This document shows, piece by piece, positions 19,130 to 28,493 of a stretch of DNA of 64,000 nt; positions within the stretch are counted from its first letter, which is position 1; each line of letters starts with the position of its first letter. The translations under genes and the position numbers were made by a program. The notes under the pieces are model-generated. The model saw only the letters and a program-made list of their open reading frames with translations. It was not told the DNA's origin and did not search any database. The stretch comes from Candidatus Fervidifonticultor quartus (GTDB lineage: Bacteria; Sysuimicrobiota; Sysuimicrobiia; Sysuimicrobiales; Humicultoraceae), in NCBI GenBank assembly GCA_031458775.1, contig JAVKJV010000008.1:3823-67822 (forward strand), given 5' to 3'.

Positions 19130-20874
19130 GGCGACACGCTCTCGTCCGCTTCCAGCGCGTCGCGGAGGAGCTGCTTCTGATAGAGGTCCGCGTACAGCCC
19201 GCCGGCGGCCAGCAGCTCGTCGTGGGTGCCGCGCTCGACGAGACGGCCGCCGTCGAGCACGACAATCAGGTCGGCGTGTCGCACGGTCGAGATGCGGTGG
19301 GAGATGATCAGGCTGGTCCGCGTCGCCATGAAGCGCCGGAGACCCCGCAGGATCTCCTCCTCGGTGCGCGTGTCCACGCTGGAGAGCGCGTCGTCGAGGA
19401 TCAGGATGGCCGGGTCGCGGGCCAGGGCCCGCGCGATCGTCGCGCGCTGCTTCTGGCCGCCGGAGAGGGTCACCCCGCGTTCTCCGACCATGGTCTCGTA
19501 GCCTCTTGGGAAATCGCGCACATCCCGGGCGAGCTGCGCGATCTCGGCGGCTTCGCGGACGCGCTGCCCGTCGCCGCGCTCGACACCCCAGGCCAGATTC
19601 TCGGCCAGCGTGTCCGAGAAGAGGAACGGCTCCTGCGGGACGACTCCAATGCCGCCGCGCAGCGTTGCCAGGCTGTACTCCCGCGCGTCGACTCCGTCGA
19701 TTAGCACGGCACCCTGGGTGGGGTCCAGCAACCGCGGGATTAGCGACACGAGCGTGGTCTTGCCCGATCCGGTCGGGCCGACGATCGCGACGGTGCGGCC
19801 GGCGGGAATCGTGAGACTGACGTCGCGGAGCACGGGCACGTCGGTGTAGGCAAACGTCACGCGGCGGAACTCAATCGCGCCGCGGAGCCGTCGGGCGGGC
19901 ACCGGCGCCGGGGGATCAGTAATCAGCGGCTGCCGGTTGAGGATCTCGTCGAGCCGGCCCATGGACGCCATCCCCTGCTGGAATAGGTTCGTCGTCCAGC
20001 CCAGCGCGATCATCGGCCACGAGAGCATCAGCAGATACCCGAAGAACTGCACCAACTGGCCCAGCGTGATGCGGCCCGCCACCACGGCCACGCCGCCCTG
20101 CCACAGCACGACCGCCGATGCCGCGCCGAGAATCAGCGTCATGGCCGGCCACAGCGCACCGGAGGTCCGGGCCAGCCGCAGCGCCCGGCGCACGTACTCC
20201 CGATTGATCCGCGCGAACGCGTCGATCTCCGGTGTCTCCTGGGCGAAGGCCTTGACGACGCGGACCCCGGAGAAGTTCTCCTGCGCCCGGGCCGAGATCC
20301 TGGAGAACTGCTCCTGCACCTGTTCGAACTGATGGTGAATGCGCCGGCCCAGCGCGATGAACACAATGGTGACCAGGGGCAGGATCCCGAGCACGGCCAG
20401 GGCGAGCGGCGGGTCAATCGCCAGCATCAGCGTACTCGCGGCGAGCAGCATGATCACGGTGTTGAACGAGTGCATGATGCCGGCGCCGACCATGCGGCTC
20501 ACGGCGTTCAGGTCGTTGATGGCGCGCGCCATCAGGTCGCCGGTGCGGGTGTGATGGAAGAACCCCTGGTGCAACCGCTGGAGGTGCGCGAAGAAGTCAT
20601 TGCGGATCTCGTACTCGATCCGCCTAGCCGCGCCGAGGATGCGCGTGCGCCAGAAGTACCGGATGACGGCGCCAACGAGCGCCACGCAGACGTAGACGGC
20701 CGCCAGGGTCAGGAGCCGGACCGCCGGCGCACCGGCCCGGATGCTGTCCACGGCCTGCCGGAGCACCCAGGGGTTCACCAGCGCCACCCCGGTGCTGGCG
20801 ATGCTCAGCGCGAACCCGGTCAGATAGGCGCGCCGGTGCCTGGAGATGTAGGTGCGCAGGCGCTGGACCTTCAC
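19126..20874 (-). CDS. ABC exporter, fused permease/ATPase (heterodimer subunit 1, degenerate site)
   Basis: GPTGSGKT, LSGGQKQR, LDDALS (E to D), ATGA overlap with partner. Confidence 0.93.
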   Translation of the reverse strand: MKVQRLRTYISRHRRAYLTGFALSIASTGVALVNPWVLRQAVDSIRAGAPAVRLLTLAAVYVCVALVGAVIRYFWRTRILGAARRIEYEIRNDFFAHLQRLHQGFFHHTRTGDLMARAINDLNAVSRMVGAGIMHSFNTVIMLLAASTLMLAIDPPLALAVLGILPLVTIVFIALGRRIHHQFEQVQEQFSRISARAQENFSGVRVVKAFAQETPEIDAFARINREYVRRALRLARTSGALWPAMTLILGAASAVVLWQGGVAVVAGRITLGQLVQFFGYLLMLSWPMIALGWTTNLFQQGMASMGRLDEILNRQPLITDPPAPVPARRLRGAIEFRRVTFAYTDVPVLRDVSLTIPAGRTVAIVGPTGSGKTTLVSLIPRLLDPTQGAVLIDGVDAREYSLATLRGGIGVVPQEPFLFSDTLAENLAWGVERGDGQRVREAAEIAQLARDVRDFPRGYETMVGERGVTLSGGQKQRATIARALARDPAILILDDALSSVDTRTEEEILRGLRRFMATRTSLIISHRISTVRHADLIVVLDGGRLVERGTHDELLAAGGLYADLYQKQLLRDALEADESVSP

Positions 20875-20908
20875 AGGATACTCCCCGAACCCGCAAGAGA
20901 ACTCATTG

Positions 20909-20917
20909 ATTGTAGCA
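20909..20917 (-). promoter_or_regulatory. Extended -10 element for the ABC exporter operon
   Basis: TGCTACAAT about 35 nt upstream of the start. Confidence 0.55.
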
Positions 20918-21056
20918 CGGATGCTCAGGCGCCCCGGCCGGGCGCCCGGCCGAGACTAACGCCACCCGCCTCTGGGCAGATTAGACGGCGGGGAGCCAGC
21001 TCAGACCACCCACCGCCGACGTACGCCGTGGCTAGCCGGCTTGCCAGAGGGCGGTC

Positions 21057-21497
21057 ATGCGGAACCATACCAGGTGGTTGACACGCCTCCGTGGACACGA
21101 GGGTTTCACGCTCATGGAGATCCTGGTGGCCATGTCATTGTTTGCCGCCTTCTCGCTGATCGTCTTGCAGGCGCTGATGGCGGCGTTGGGGCAGACCGGT
21201 CGTGCGAACGAGCGGGCCGCGGCCACCACCCTGGCGCTCCAGGTGATGGAGCAGGTGCGCGCCAGCGCCAACCCCTACGAGATGGTCAACCTCGGGCCGT
21301 TGGCTCGCAGCGCGCTGCCGCTGCCAGCGCCGTATGACAACGTGACGAACCCGACGCCGTACCCGCTGCAGGTCGCCGTGGAGACCGCGCAGGACGCCAA
21401 CCTGACCCTGCTGACCGCGACCATCAGAGTCTACCGGCCAACGGACCCGGACGCGGCCCCCTTGGTGAGCCTCACTACGGTGCTCGATGACCAGTAG
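21057..21497 (+). CDS. Type IV minor pilin (PilV-like)
   Basis: Class III signal EG/FTLMEILVAM with Glu at +5. Confidence 0.85.
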   Translation: MRNHTRWLTRLRGHEGFTLMEILVAMSLFAAFSLIVLQALMAALGQTGRANERAAATTLALQVMEQVRASANPYEMVNLGPLARSALPLPAPYDNVTNPTPYPLQVAVETAQDANLTLLTATIRVYRPTDPDAAPLVSLTTVLDDQ

Positions 21498-22092
21498 CAC
21501 CGTGCCGCGTGCCGCAGCCCGGCGGGCCCGAGTGGCGCGCGAACGGGGGGTATCCCTGGTCGAGTTGGTGGTGGCCATGAGTATTGTTGCGCTGGCCGCG
21601 GGCGGCATCTACGCGCTGGTGACGGTGGGCAACCGCTCAACCATCAAGGCCAATGACTTCCTGCACATCCAGACACAGGTCCGGGCGGCGCTCGACAACG
21701 TGCTCGACGAGACCCGATGGGCGCAGCGGGCTAGCGCGGCGAGTGGCACATCGGTCACGCTGCTGGTGCCGCAGGCAACCCCGTTCTCGGCCGCGAGCCC
21801 GTACCTCGTGACCTTCGCGTATGATGCGGCGGGTCAGACGGTCACGCGGCAGGAGGATCCCGACGCGACCGGGCCGCAGCCGGCCAGGCCGGCGGAACCG
21901 CTCGCCTACTCCGTGGTGACGGCCGGCGGCGGCGCCGGGCTTTCGTTCGAATACTTCGACGCCCTGGGCGCGTCGCTCGGCTCGACACCGGCCGACCTCA
22001 ACGCTGTCGTGCGGCTGCGGATGACCGTGACGGTGACCCGCAACGGGGTGAGCCGAACCTTCAGCGGCGACGTCGCCCTGCGGGGCCGGTAG
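21487..22092 (+). CDS. Type IV minor pilin (PilW-like)
   Basis: RG/VSLVELVVAM prepilin motif; C-terminal beta strands ending VALR. Confidence 0.85.
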   Translation: MTSSTVPRAAARRARVARERGVSLVELVVAMSIVALAAGGIYALVTVGNRSTIKANDFLHIQTQVRAALDNVLDETRWAQRASAASGTSVTLLVPQATPFSAASPYLVTFAYDAAGQTVTRQEDPDATGPQPARPAEPLAYSVVTAGGGAGLSFEYFDALGASLGSTPADLNAVVRLRMTVTVTRNGVSRTFSGDVALRGR

Positions 22093-22128
22093 TCGTCGCC
22101 ATGTACGGCCACCGATGCCGAGGGGGGC

Positions 22129-24162
22129 ATGATGAAGCGGCATAGACGCGGTGAACGGGGGCTGGCACTGCTCTCGGTGCTCGCGGTCATCCTCGTCCTG
22201 GTGATCGTGAGCACCATCATCCTCTATCAGACCGGCAAGGAACTGGCGTTGAGCGCGGTCAGGATGATCGGCGCCCAGAGCGTGGCCATCGCCGAGGGCG
22301 GCGCGTTCTCGGGCCGGGCGGCGCTCATGGCGTTCATGAACGCCGATCCGATTGGTGTCGCCACGGTGGACCCGTCGCTCAGCGGGAGTACGCTCGCCGC
22401 CTGGTACGCCGGGGGCACCGCGGCCAATCAGAATCCGTTCGGCCTCTTCGACTACATTATCCTCGATGGGCAGCGCTTCACGATCAGTGCGACGCCGGCG
22501 ACGTCCTCGGTGACGTTCGATGTCAACTGGGCCCTGGCCACCCCGCGCCGCAAGCTCCAGATCCCGACCGGCACCCGGCCCCAGAACCCGCTGGGCGGAG
22601 GCACGCACGCCACCAGCGTCGTGATCACCAGGCGATTGGCCCCGCACCCACTGGACGCCGCGCAGCCACAGCGATACATCCAGCAACTCGCCCCGGACTT
22701 CTACGAATACTACTTCAGCTACACCGTCACCAGCGACGGCGCCATGCCCGCGATGGCGCGACGGCGCGTCGTGCTCTCGCGCGACTTCAGCATTCGGGTC
22801 CGCCGGCAGAGCTTCGCCCAGTACTCCCTCTTCACCCACGTGCACAGCACGCCGGGCGGAGGTGCCATCTGGTTCACGAACCGCACGAGTTTCGACGGCC
22901 CGGTCCACACCAACGGCGAGTTCCGCTTCGCCTTCTTCCCGAAGTTCGGCACGCCGGATTCCGGCAGCCCGTGCGATGCGTCCCGCATCGGCCCGACCAC
23001 GCTCACGAGCGTCAGCACCTACGCGTGGTTCAACAACAATGGCAGCAACGTGCGGCGGCAGGCGAACGAGAACGTCGTGGGCGGCGTCCGGCGCGACGCG
23101 CCGGTCCTGCCCGATTGCACCACCGGCACGATCACCGACGACAATGACAACGCGCCGGCCAACTTCACGCGCGGCGTCCCCACGATTCCGTACCCCACGA
23201 ACTCCTTCAGCCAGCAGGGCGTGGCGATCGGTCGGGATCCCTACGACACCTCCGCCGTGACCAACCTGCAGATCCGCCAGGCCGTCCCGGAGCTCGCGGA
23301 CAACACTAACACCGTACCCGCAGGCATCTACGTCCCGGTGATCGATGGCAACGGCAACAGCACCTCCGATGCCGGCGAGTCGCTGGCCGGCGGCATCTAC
23401 GTCGAGGGTGATCTCGACAGCCTGACCCTGAGCACCGGTGGGCCGTCCAATAATCTGGCGATCTACACCCTCGTGCGCGGCAGTCAGACCGTGACCATCA
23501 CCGTGGACCGCGTCGCGCAGACCACGACCGTGACGAACACCGCGTGGCCCTCGCCGCAGACGCGCACCTTCGCCGGTGTGCCCAAGGGCTGGCAGGGGCC
23601 GGGCAACGCCAACGCGGCCATGATCTACGTGCGCGGCAACGTCCTCGGGCTCAGCGGCACACTCGAGGAGAAGGAGCAGACGACGATCGCGGCCTCGGGA
23701 CGCATCGACATCACCAACCACCTGCGCTACGAGGATCCGCCGAACGTCTATGACCCCAACGACAACCCCCTCAACGTGCTGGGGCTGTACTCGTCGGCCA
23801 GTGACATTCGCATCCGGACGACTGCGCCCAACGACCTGAACATCCATGCCGTGATGATGGCCGGCAATGTGAGCGACGCATACAATAGCTCGATCTTCGT
23901 CGAGAACTACAACAGTGGTTCGCCCAGGGGGTACGTGAATCTCATCGGCGGGTTGATCGAGGAATACTACGGGGCGTTCGGCACGTTCGACCCGAATACC
24001 GGCGCGCCGAGCACCGGCTACGGCCGCAACTTCACGTACGACCGGCGCATGGGCCGCGGCTTCGCACCGCCGTTCTTCCCGTCGACCAACCTCTTCGTCA
24101 TCGATCCGGGCGGGGAACCGCTTGCCGGCGTCCGGCCGGTCTGGCGCGAAGCGACTCCGTGA
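22129..24162 (+). CDS. Large PilX/ComZ-like minor pilin (DUF4900-like)
   Basis: RG/LALLSVL lacking Glu+5, AEGG motif, FAQYSLFT, FDGPVHTNG, beta-solenoid-like IYVxG repeats, GYGRNFTYDRRM..GFAPPFFP. Confidence 0.8.
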   Translation: MMKRHRRGERGLALLSVLAVILVLVIVSTIILYQTGKELALSAVRMIGAQSVAIAEGGAFSGRAALMAFMNADPIGVATVDPSLSGSTLAAWYAGGTAANQNPFGLFDYIILDGQRFTISATPATSSVTFDVNWALATPRRKLQIPTGTRPQNPLGGGTHATSVVITRRLAPHPLDAAQPQRYIQQLAPDFYEYYFSYTVTSDGAMPAMARRRVVLSRDFSIRVRRQSFAQYSLFTHVHSTPGGGAIWFTNRTSFDGPVHTNGEFRFAFFPKFGTPDSGSPCDASRIGPTTLTSVSTYAWFNNNGSNVRRQANENVVGGVRRDAPVLPDCTTGTITDDNDNAPANFTRGVPTIPYPTNSFSQQGVAIGRDPYDTSAVTNLQIRQAVPELADNTNTVPAGIYVPVIDGNGNSTSDAGESLAGGIYVEGDLDSLTLSTGGPSNNLAIYTLVRGSQTVTITVDRVAQTTTVTNTAWPSPQTRTFAGVPKGWQGPGNANAAMIYVRGNVLGLSGTLEEKEQTTIAASGRIDITNHLRYEDPPNVYDPNDNPLNVLGLYSSASDIRIRTTAPNDLNIHAVMMAGNVSDAYNSSIFVENYNSGSPRGYVNLIGGLIEEYYGAFGTFDPNTGAPSTGYGRNFTYDRRMGRGFAPPFFPSTNLFVIDPGGEPLAGVRPVWREATP

Positions 24163-24608
24163 GGGACGCGCGCGGGCACCAGGGGTTCACGCTGCTCGAG
24201 ATGGCGGTGACCGCGGGAGTCATCGCCCTCCTGATGACACTCGCCGTCACGCGGTGGACCGGCTACCTGGCCATCCAGCGTGTGCGCCAGGGGACGATCC
24301 AGGTCGCGACCGACCTGCGACAGGCGATCGAGCGGGCGAAGTCTGAACGCGCCGAATACACGGTGACGTTCGTCGCGTCGTCATCGTCATACGTGATCGC
24401 GCGCGTCGCGGGCGGGTTCACCGAGAACACGCGGCTGCCCGATGGGGTGACCGTCACGGCATCCCAGGTGGTGCGCGTGTCGCCGTACGGTCAACCGGTG
24501 GACGGCGCGGGCGTACGTCAGGCGTACACCGTGACCGTCCAGAACTCCGCCGGAACCGGCAATGTCTCCGTCAACGCCACCGGCGGCGTGAGCTACACCG
24601 TGCCATAA
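24159..24608 (+). CDS. Type IV minor pilin (FimT/FimU-like)
   Basis: QG/FTLLEMAV; C-terminal VSVNATGGV. Confidence 0.85.
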   Translation: MRDARGHQGFTLLEMAVTAGVIALLMTLAVTRWTGYLAIQRVRQGTIQVATDLRQAIERAKSERAEYTVTFVASSSSYVIARVAGGFTENTRLPDGVTVTASQVVRVSPYGQPVDGAGVRQAYTVTVQNSAGTGNVSVNATGGVSYTVP

Positions 24609-24644
24609 GGCGTCCGTACGCGGAGAACTCGTGCTGCGATGCGA

Positions 24645-25412
24645 TCAGCGGGCCACGTGCGGGGCCGTGATCGCCACGCCCGCAGCCTCAAGGGCCTGGC
24701 GCGCCGCCCGGGCGAGCGCGGCCGCACCCAGTGTATCGCTGTGAATGCACAGCGTCTGCGGCCTGACGGTGATCTTGGTCCCGTCAAGTGCCGTCACCGT
24801 CCCCTCGATCGCACACTGTACCGCGCGCGCCGCCACCAGGGCCGCATCGGTCACCACCGCGCCGGGCTCGCTACGGGGCGCGAGCAGGCCGTCGCGGCGG
24901 TACCCCCGGTCGAGAAAGGCTTCGAGCACGACCGGCACGCCGCGCGCCGACGCCGCGGCGGCCATGGCCGAGTTGAGCGGCGCGAACAGCGTCAGCCCGG
25001 GAAAGGCGGCCGCGGCCTCGGCAATCGCGCCGGCCAGTCCGGGATCGGAGACCGCCATGTTGTAGAGCGCACCGTGCGCCTTGACGTGGCGGAGCGGCAC
25101 GCCCTCGGCCTGCGCGAGCGCGGCAACCGCGCCGATCTGATAGATCAGCATGTCGCGAAGGTCGGCCGGCGCGATCTGCATCGCCCGGCGTCCGAACCCC
25201 TGGAGGTCGGGAAATCCCGGGTGCGCGCCGGCGGTCACGCCCGCGGCGGCGGCAGCCCTGAGGGTGCGCCGGATGACGACCGGATCGCCCGCGTGGAATC
25301 CGCACGCGACGTTGATCGACGACACAACCTTCAGCAGTTCAACGTCGGCGCCGATCGTATACGCGCCGTAGCCCTCCCCGCCATCCGCGTTGAGATCGAC
25401 CCACGCCCTCAT
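24645..25412 (-). CDS. pxpA: 5-oxoprolinase subunit A (LamB/YcsF family)
   Basis: DLNADGGEG, NVACGFHAGDP, GAHPGFPDLQGFGRR, HVKAHGALYN, TLCIHSDT. Confidence 0.93.
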   Translation of the reverse strand: MRAWVDLNADGGEGYGAYTIGADVELLKVVSSINVACGFHAGDPVVIRRTLRAAAAAGVTAGAHPGFPDLQGFGRRAMQIAPADLRDMLIYQIGAVAALAQAEGVPLRHVKAHGALYNMAVSDPGLAGAIAEAAAAFPGLTLFAPLNSAMAAAASARGVPVVLEAFLDRGYRRDGLLAPRSEPGAVVTDAALVAARAVQCAIEGTVTALDGTKITVRPQTLCIHSDTLGAAALARAARQALEAAGVAITAPHVAR

Positions 25413-26116
25413 GCCGTGCCTCCATCGTGGCGCTCGTTGAGGCGCCTGAGGAATCGCCTGATCGCCGCGTTGACCGTGTGCGGCTGCTCGAGCATAACCA
25501 TGTGACCCGCATCGGGCACGATCTCCAGCACGGAACCGGCGATGCGCTCGTGCAGGTACCGGCTGAACTTCGGCGGCGTCAGGCGGTCGTCCGCCCCGCA
25601 CAGCACGAGCGTGGGAACCGCCAGGCGGTCGAGGCGGTCCGTCACGTCGAATCGGTCGGCGGCGTGCAGGTCCGCGAGCAGCACGTCGGGCGGTGTGGCG
25701 CGAAGGAGCGCCAGCGACTTATCCCGGAGACGCGCGCCGGCCGTGGGCCCGAACCACGCGGCGCCGAACTCCTCGAGCGCGGCGCGGTCGCGGCGCGCCA
25801 GGCCCTCGAGCCAGACCGGGTTGACGCGCATCTTCGCTCCGGCGCCGACGAGCACCAGCCCGCGCACGTCATCCGGATGCTCCAACGCCCACAAGAGGGC
25901 GATCGCGCTGCCGAGCGAGTGCCCGACCAGCACCCAGGGACCGCCGGGGAATGCCCGGCGAAGGGTTTCGACATGGACGTCGACGCGGTCCGGCGCGCCG
26001 CCCGCGCGGCCTGCCAGATCAGGAGTGCGGGCGCGCGGAAACGCCAGCGCCTGGTGCTGCCAGACCAGGCCTCGTCCGCCGGCACCGTGGATGCACAGCA
26101 ACGCGTCGTCGGTCAC
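25409..26116 (-). CDS. Alpha/beta hydrolase
   Basis: IHGAGG, GHSLG, GADDRLTP, AGHMVMLE. Confidence 0.9.
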   Translation of the reverse strand: MTDDALLCIHGAGGRGLVWQHQALAFPRARTPDLAGRAGGAPDRVDVHVETLRRAFPGGPWVLVGHSLGSAIALLWALEHPDDVRGLVLVGAGAKMRVNPVWLEGLARRDRAALEEFGAAWFGPTAGARLRDKSLALLRATPPDVLLADLHAADRFDVTDRLDRLAVPTLVLCGADDRLTPPKFSRYLHERIAGSVLEIVPDAGHMVMLEQPHTVNAAIRRFLRRLNERHDGGTA

Positions 26117-26754
26117 GCGAGCGGCGCGAGCCCTCTCAGGAACGGATTCGTGCGCCGCTCCCTGCCGACGGTCGTCGCCGGCCCGTGTCCGTTGTAGAGG
26201 ACGGTCCCGTCGGGAAGCGGCAACAGGTGGCGCGCGATCGAACGCAGCAGGGTATCGTGGTCACCGCCGGGCAGGTCGGTTCGGCCGATGCTGCCCTGAA
26301 AGATGACGTCGCCCACGAACGCGAGACCGTCGCCGAGCAGGCAGATGTGCCCGGGGCTGTGCCCGGGCGTATGGACGACGCGGAACGGCCGGCCGCCCAG
26401 CGTTACGACGTCACCCTCGCGCAAGAGGCGATCGGGCGGCGGCGGCGGCGCGATGGTGATGCCAAACAGCGCCGCGGCCCGCTCTGAGGCCACCGCCAGG
26501 ACGGGGGCCTCAGCGGCGCCGATGGCCACGGGCGCGCCGGTGGCCTCTTTGAGCCCGCGCACGCCGCCGACGTGATCGAAGTGCGCGTGCGTCAGCACGA
26601 TCAGGTCGGCGGTCAGGCGGAGCCGTTGCAGCAGCGTCAGCACGCGGGGTGCATCATCACCGGGATCGATGATCTCGGCGCACCCGGTGGCCTCGTCGCC
26701 GACAACAAAACAGTTGGTGCCGACCGGCCCGAGTTGAAGGGTCTCGACGATCAT
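26113..26754 (-). CDS. MBL-fold metallo-hydrolase (YcbL/glyoxalase II-like)
   Basis: THAHFDHVGG, HTPGHSPG, GDVIFQGSIGRTDLPGG, GHG, NPFL. Confidence 0.92.
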   Translation of the reverse strand: MIVETLQLGPVGTNCFVVGDEATGCAEIIDPGDDAPRVLTLLQRLRLTADLIVLTHAHFDHVGGVRGLKEATGAPVAIGAAEAPVLAVASERAAALFGITIAPPPPPDRLLREGDVVTLGGRPFRVVHTPGHSPGHICLLGDGLAFVGDVIFQGSIGRTDLPGGDHDTLLRSIARHLLPLPDGTVLYNGHGPATTVGRERRTNPFLRGLAPLA

Positions 26755-26800
26755 CGCGCGGAATAGACCATCGCGCCGGGGAGTCCGCGGGACGACGCGG

Positions 26801-27067
26801 TCATCGCGCGCGACCGGGAAATCCGAGTAGGTAGCGGTGCGCAGCGTCCAGGCGCGACGGCAGGCGTTGCTCCCACCCGGGCTCGGCAATGTCGGCGGCG
26901 GGCAGGAACAGGAGGGCATGTGCGCCCTTCAATGCCAGCCCGTATGCGACGCCCGGCACCGGGTGATCGCGCCAGTGGATCGAGCCCTTGTCGACGACCA
27001 GCGCGGGATCGACCGCGCGCGCGGCCTTCGCGATGCGCTCGTAGGCCTCGGAGGTTGACAGACCCAT
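26801..27067 (-). CDS. Hypothetical protein (88 aa)
   Basis: ATG 27067 just downstream of TACAAT; co-oriented with downstream genes. Confidence 0.55.
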   Translation of the reverse strand: MGLSTSEAYERIAKAARAVDPALVVDKGSIHWRDHPVPGVAYGLALKGAHALLFLPAADIAEPGWEQRLPSRLDAAHRYLLGFPGRAR

Positions 27068-27145
27068 CGCGCCGATATTGTAGCGCATTCAGGGGCATGG
27101 CACGGACTGACGCCGAAACGATCTGCCTGACGGAGGGAGCGTCGC

Positions 27146-27706
27146 ATGGACTGGCGTGAGGTGTGGACGGCCGCACTGCCGTACGCGGAGTTCCTGAGCC
27201 GCCACGGCGAGCCGCGGCACCAGGAACGTTGGCAGCGAATCTACGATCAGATCCGGCTGACCGACGAGCAGCGGGCGCTGGTGAGCAGCTACTCGCGCAC
27301 GATGCATCTGTTGTGCCTGGCGGGTGCATGGTGCGGCGACTGCGTGCTGCAGGGCCCTATCCTGCAACGTATTGCCGAAGCCTCGCCGGCCGTCGCGCTG
27401 CGGTTCGTCGACCGCGACGCGCGGGCCGACGTGCAGGACGCGCTGGTCCTCAACCAGGGCCGGCGGGTGCCGGTCGTCGTGTTTCTGAGCGAGGACTTCG
27501 AGGAGTGCGGCCGCTACGGTGATCGCACGATCTCGATGTACCGCAAGATGGCGCAGGAGCGTCTGGGACCGGCGTGCCCGACCGGCATTGTGCCGCCGTC
27601 GGACGCGTACACGGACGCCGTCACGGCTGACTGGCTCGACGAGATCGAACGCGTCCAGTTGATGCTGCGGTTGTCGCCGCGGCTGCGGCAGAAGCACGGC
27701 GACTGA
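27146..27706 (+). CDS. Thioredoxin-family protein
   Basis: WCGDC motif, RVPVVVFLSEDF; RBS GGAGGGAG. Confidence 0.88.
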   Translation: MDWREVWTAALPYAEFLSRHGEPRHQERWQRIYDQIRLTDEQRALVSSYSRTMHLLCLAGAWCGDCVLQGPILQRIAEASPAVALRFVDRDARADVQDALVLNQGRRVPVVVFLSEDFEECGRYGDRTISMYRKMAQERLGPACPTGIVPPSDAYTDAVTADWLDEIERVQLMLRLSPRLRQKHGD

Positions 27707-27738
27707 AGCACACACGGCACGCGGAGGGAGGGTCGCTC

Positions 27739-28476
27739 ACGACACATCGGTTCCCATCGCTGCCCTCGACGCTGGCGCGCCTGGCTGGCGGCCTGATCGT
27801 GTCGTGCCAGGCCCGCCCCGACAATCCCCTGCACGGCCCGCGGTTCATGGCCGCGATGGCGCAGGCGGTTGAGGACGGCGGCGCTGCCGGGCTGCGGGTG
27901 AACGGACCCGACGACATCCGGGCGGTCGGCGCGGTGACCTCCCTGCCCGTGATCGGACTGTACAAGCGTCGCCACGGCGACCACGCGATCGAGATCACGC
28001 CCACATTCACCGAGGCCCAGGCCGTGGCAGAAGCCGGCGCCGCGATCATCGCGCTGGACGCGACCGCCCGGCCGCGACCCGACGGCGTCGCGCTGCCCGA
28101 CCTCATCGCGCGGATCCACCGCGCGTTGGGCCGTCCGGTGCTGGCTGACTGCGCCGGCCTCGAGGATGGCATGGCCGCGGAGGCCGCGGGCGCCGATGCG
28201 GTGGCGACGACCCTGTCGGGCTACCTCGACCCAACGGTGCCGCCGCCCGACGAACCCGATCTCGACCTCGTCGAGGCCCTCGCCGACCGGCTGCGCATCC
28301 CGGTGATCGCGGAGGGACGCATCAAGACACCGGGGCAGGCGCGCGAGGCCCTGGACCGGGGCGCCTACGCGGTGGTCGTCGGCACCGCGATCACGAACCC
28401 GCGCGAGATCACGCGATGGTACGTCAAGGCGTTGCGGGCGAGGCCTGCCGGAGGCCCGCTGCCGAGCCCACGCTGA
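27739..28476 (+). CDS. nanE: N-acetylmannosamine-6-phosphate 2-epimerase
   Basis: GGLIVSCQA, LPVIGLYK, ITPT, IALDAT, TTLSGY, IAEGRI, VVVGTAIT; start placed at an in-frame ACG after the RBS (first canonical start 27799). Confidence 0.9.
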   Translation, partial: TTHRFPSLPSTLARLAGGLIVSCQARPDNPLHGPRFMAAMAQAVEDGGAAGLRVNGPDDIRAVGAVTSLPVIGLYKRRHGDHAIEITPTFTEAQAVAEAGAAIIALDATARPRPDGVALPDLIARIHRALGRPVLADCAGLEDGMAAEAAGADAVATTLSGYLDPTVPPPDEPDLDLVEALADRLRIPVIAEGRIKTPGQAREALDRGAYAVVVGTAITNPREITRWYVKALRARPAGGPLPSPR

Positions 28477-28493
28477 GAGGGACGGTGAGGCGG

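Noticed and set aside
20880-21056. Possible riboswitch upstream of the pilin cassette
   Set aside because: Only short GC palindromes; no GEMM or other aptamer consensus
21637-23847. 736-aa antisense ORF over the pilin genes
   Set aside because: Shadow of the PilX-like gene
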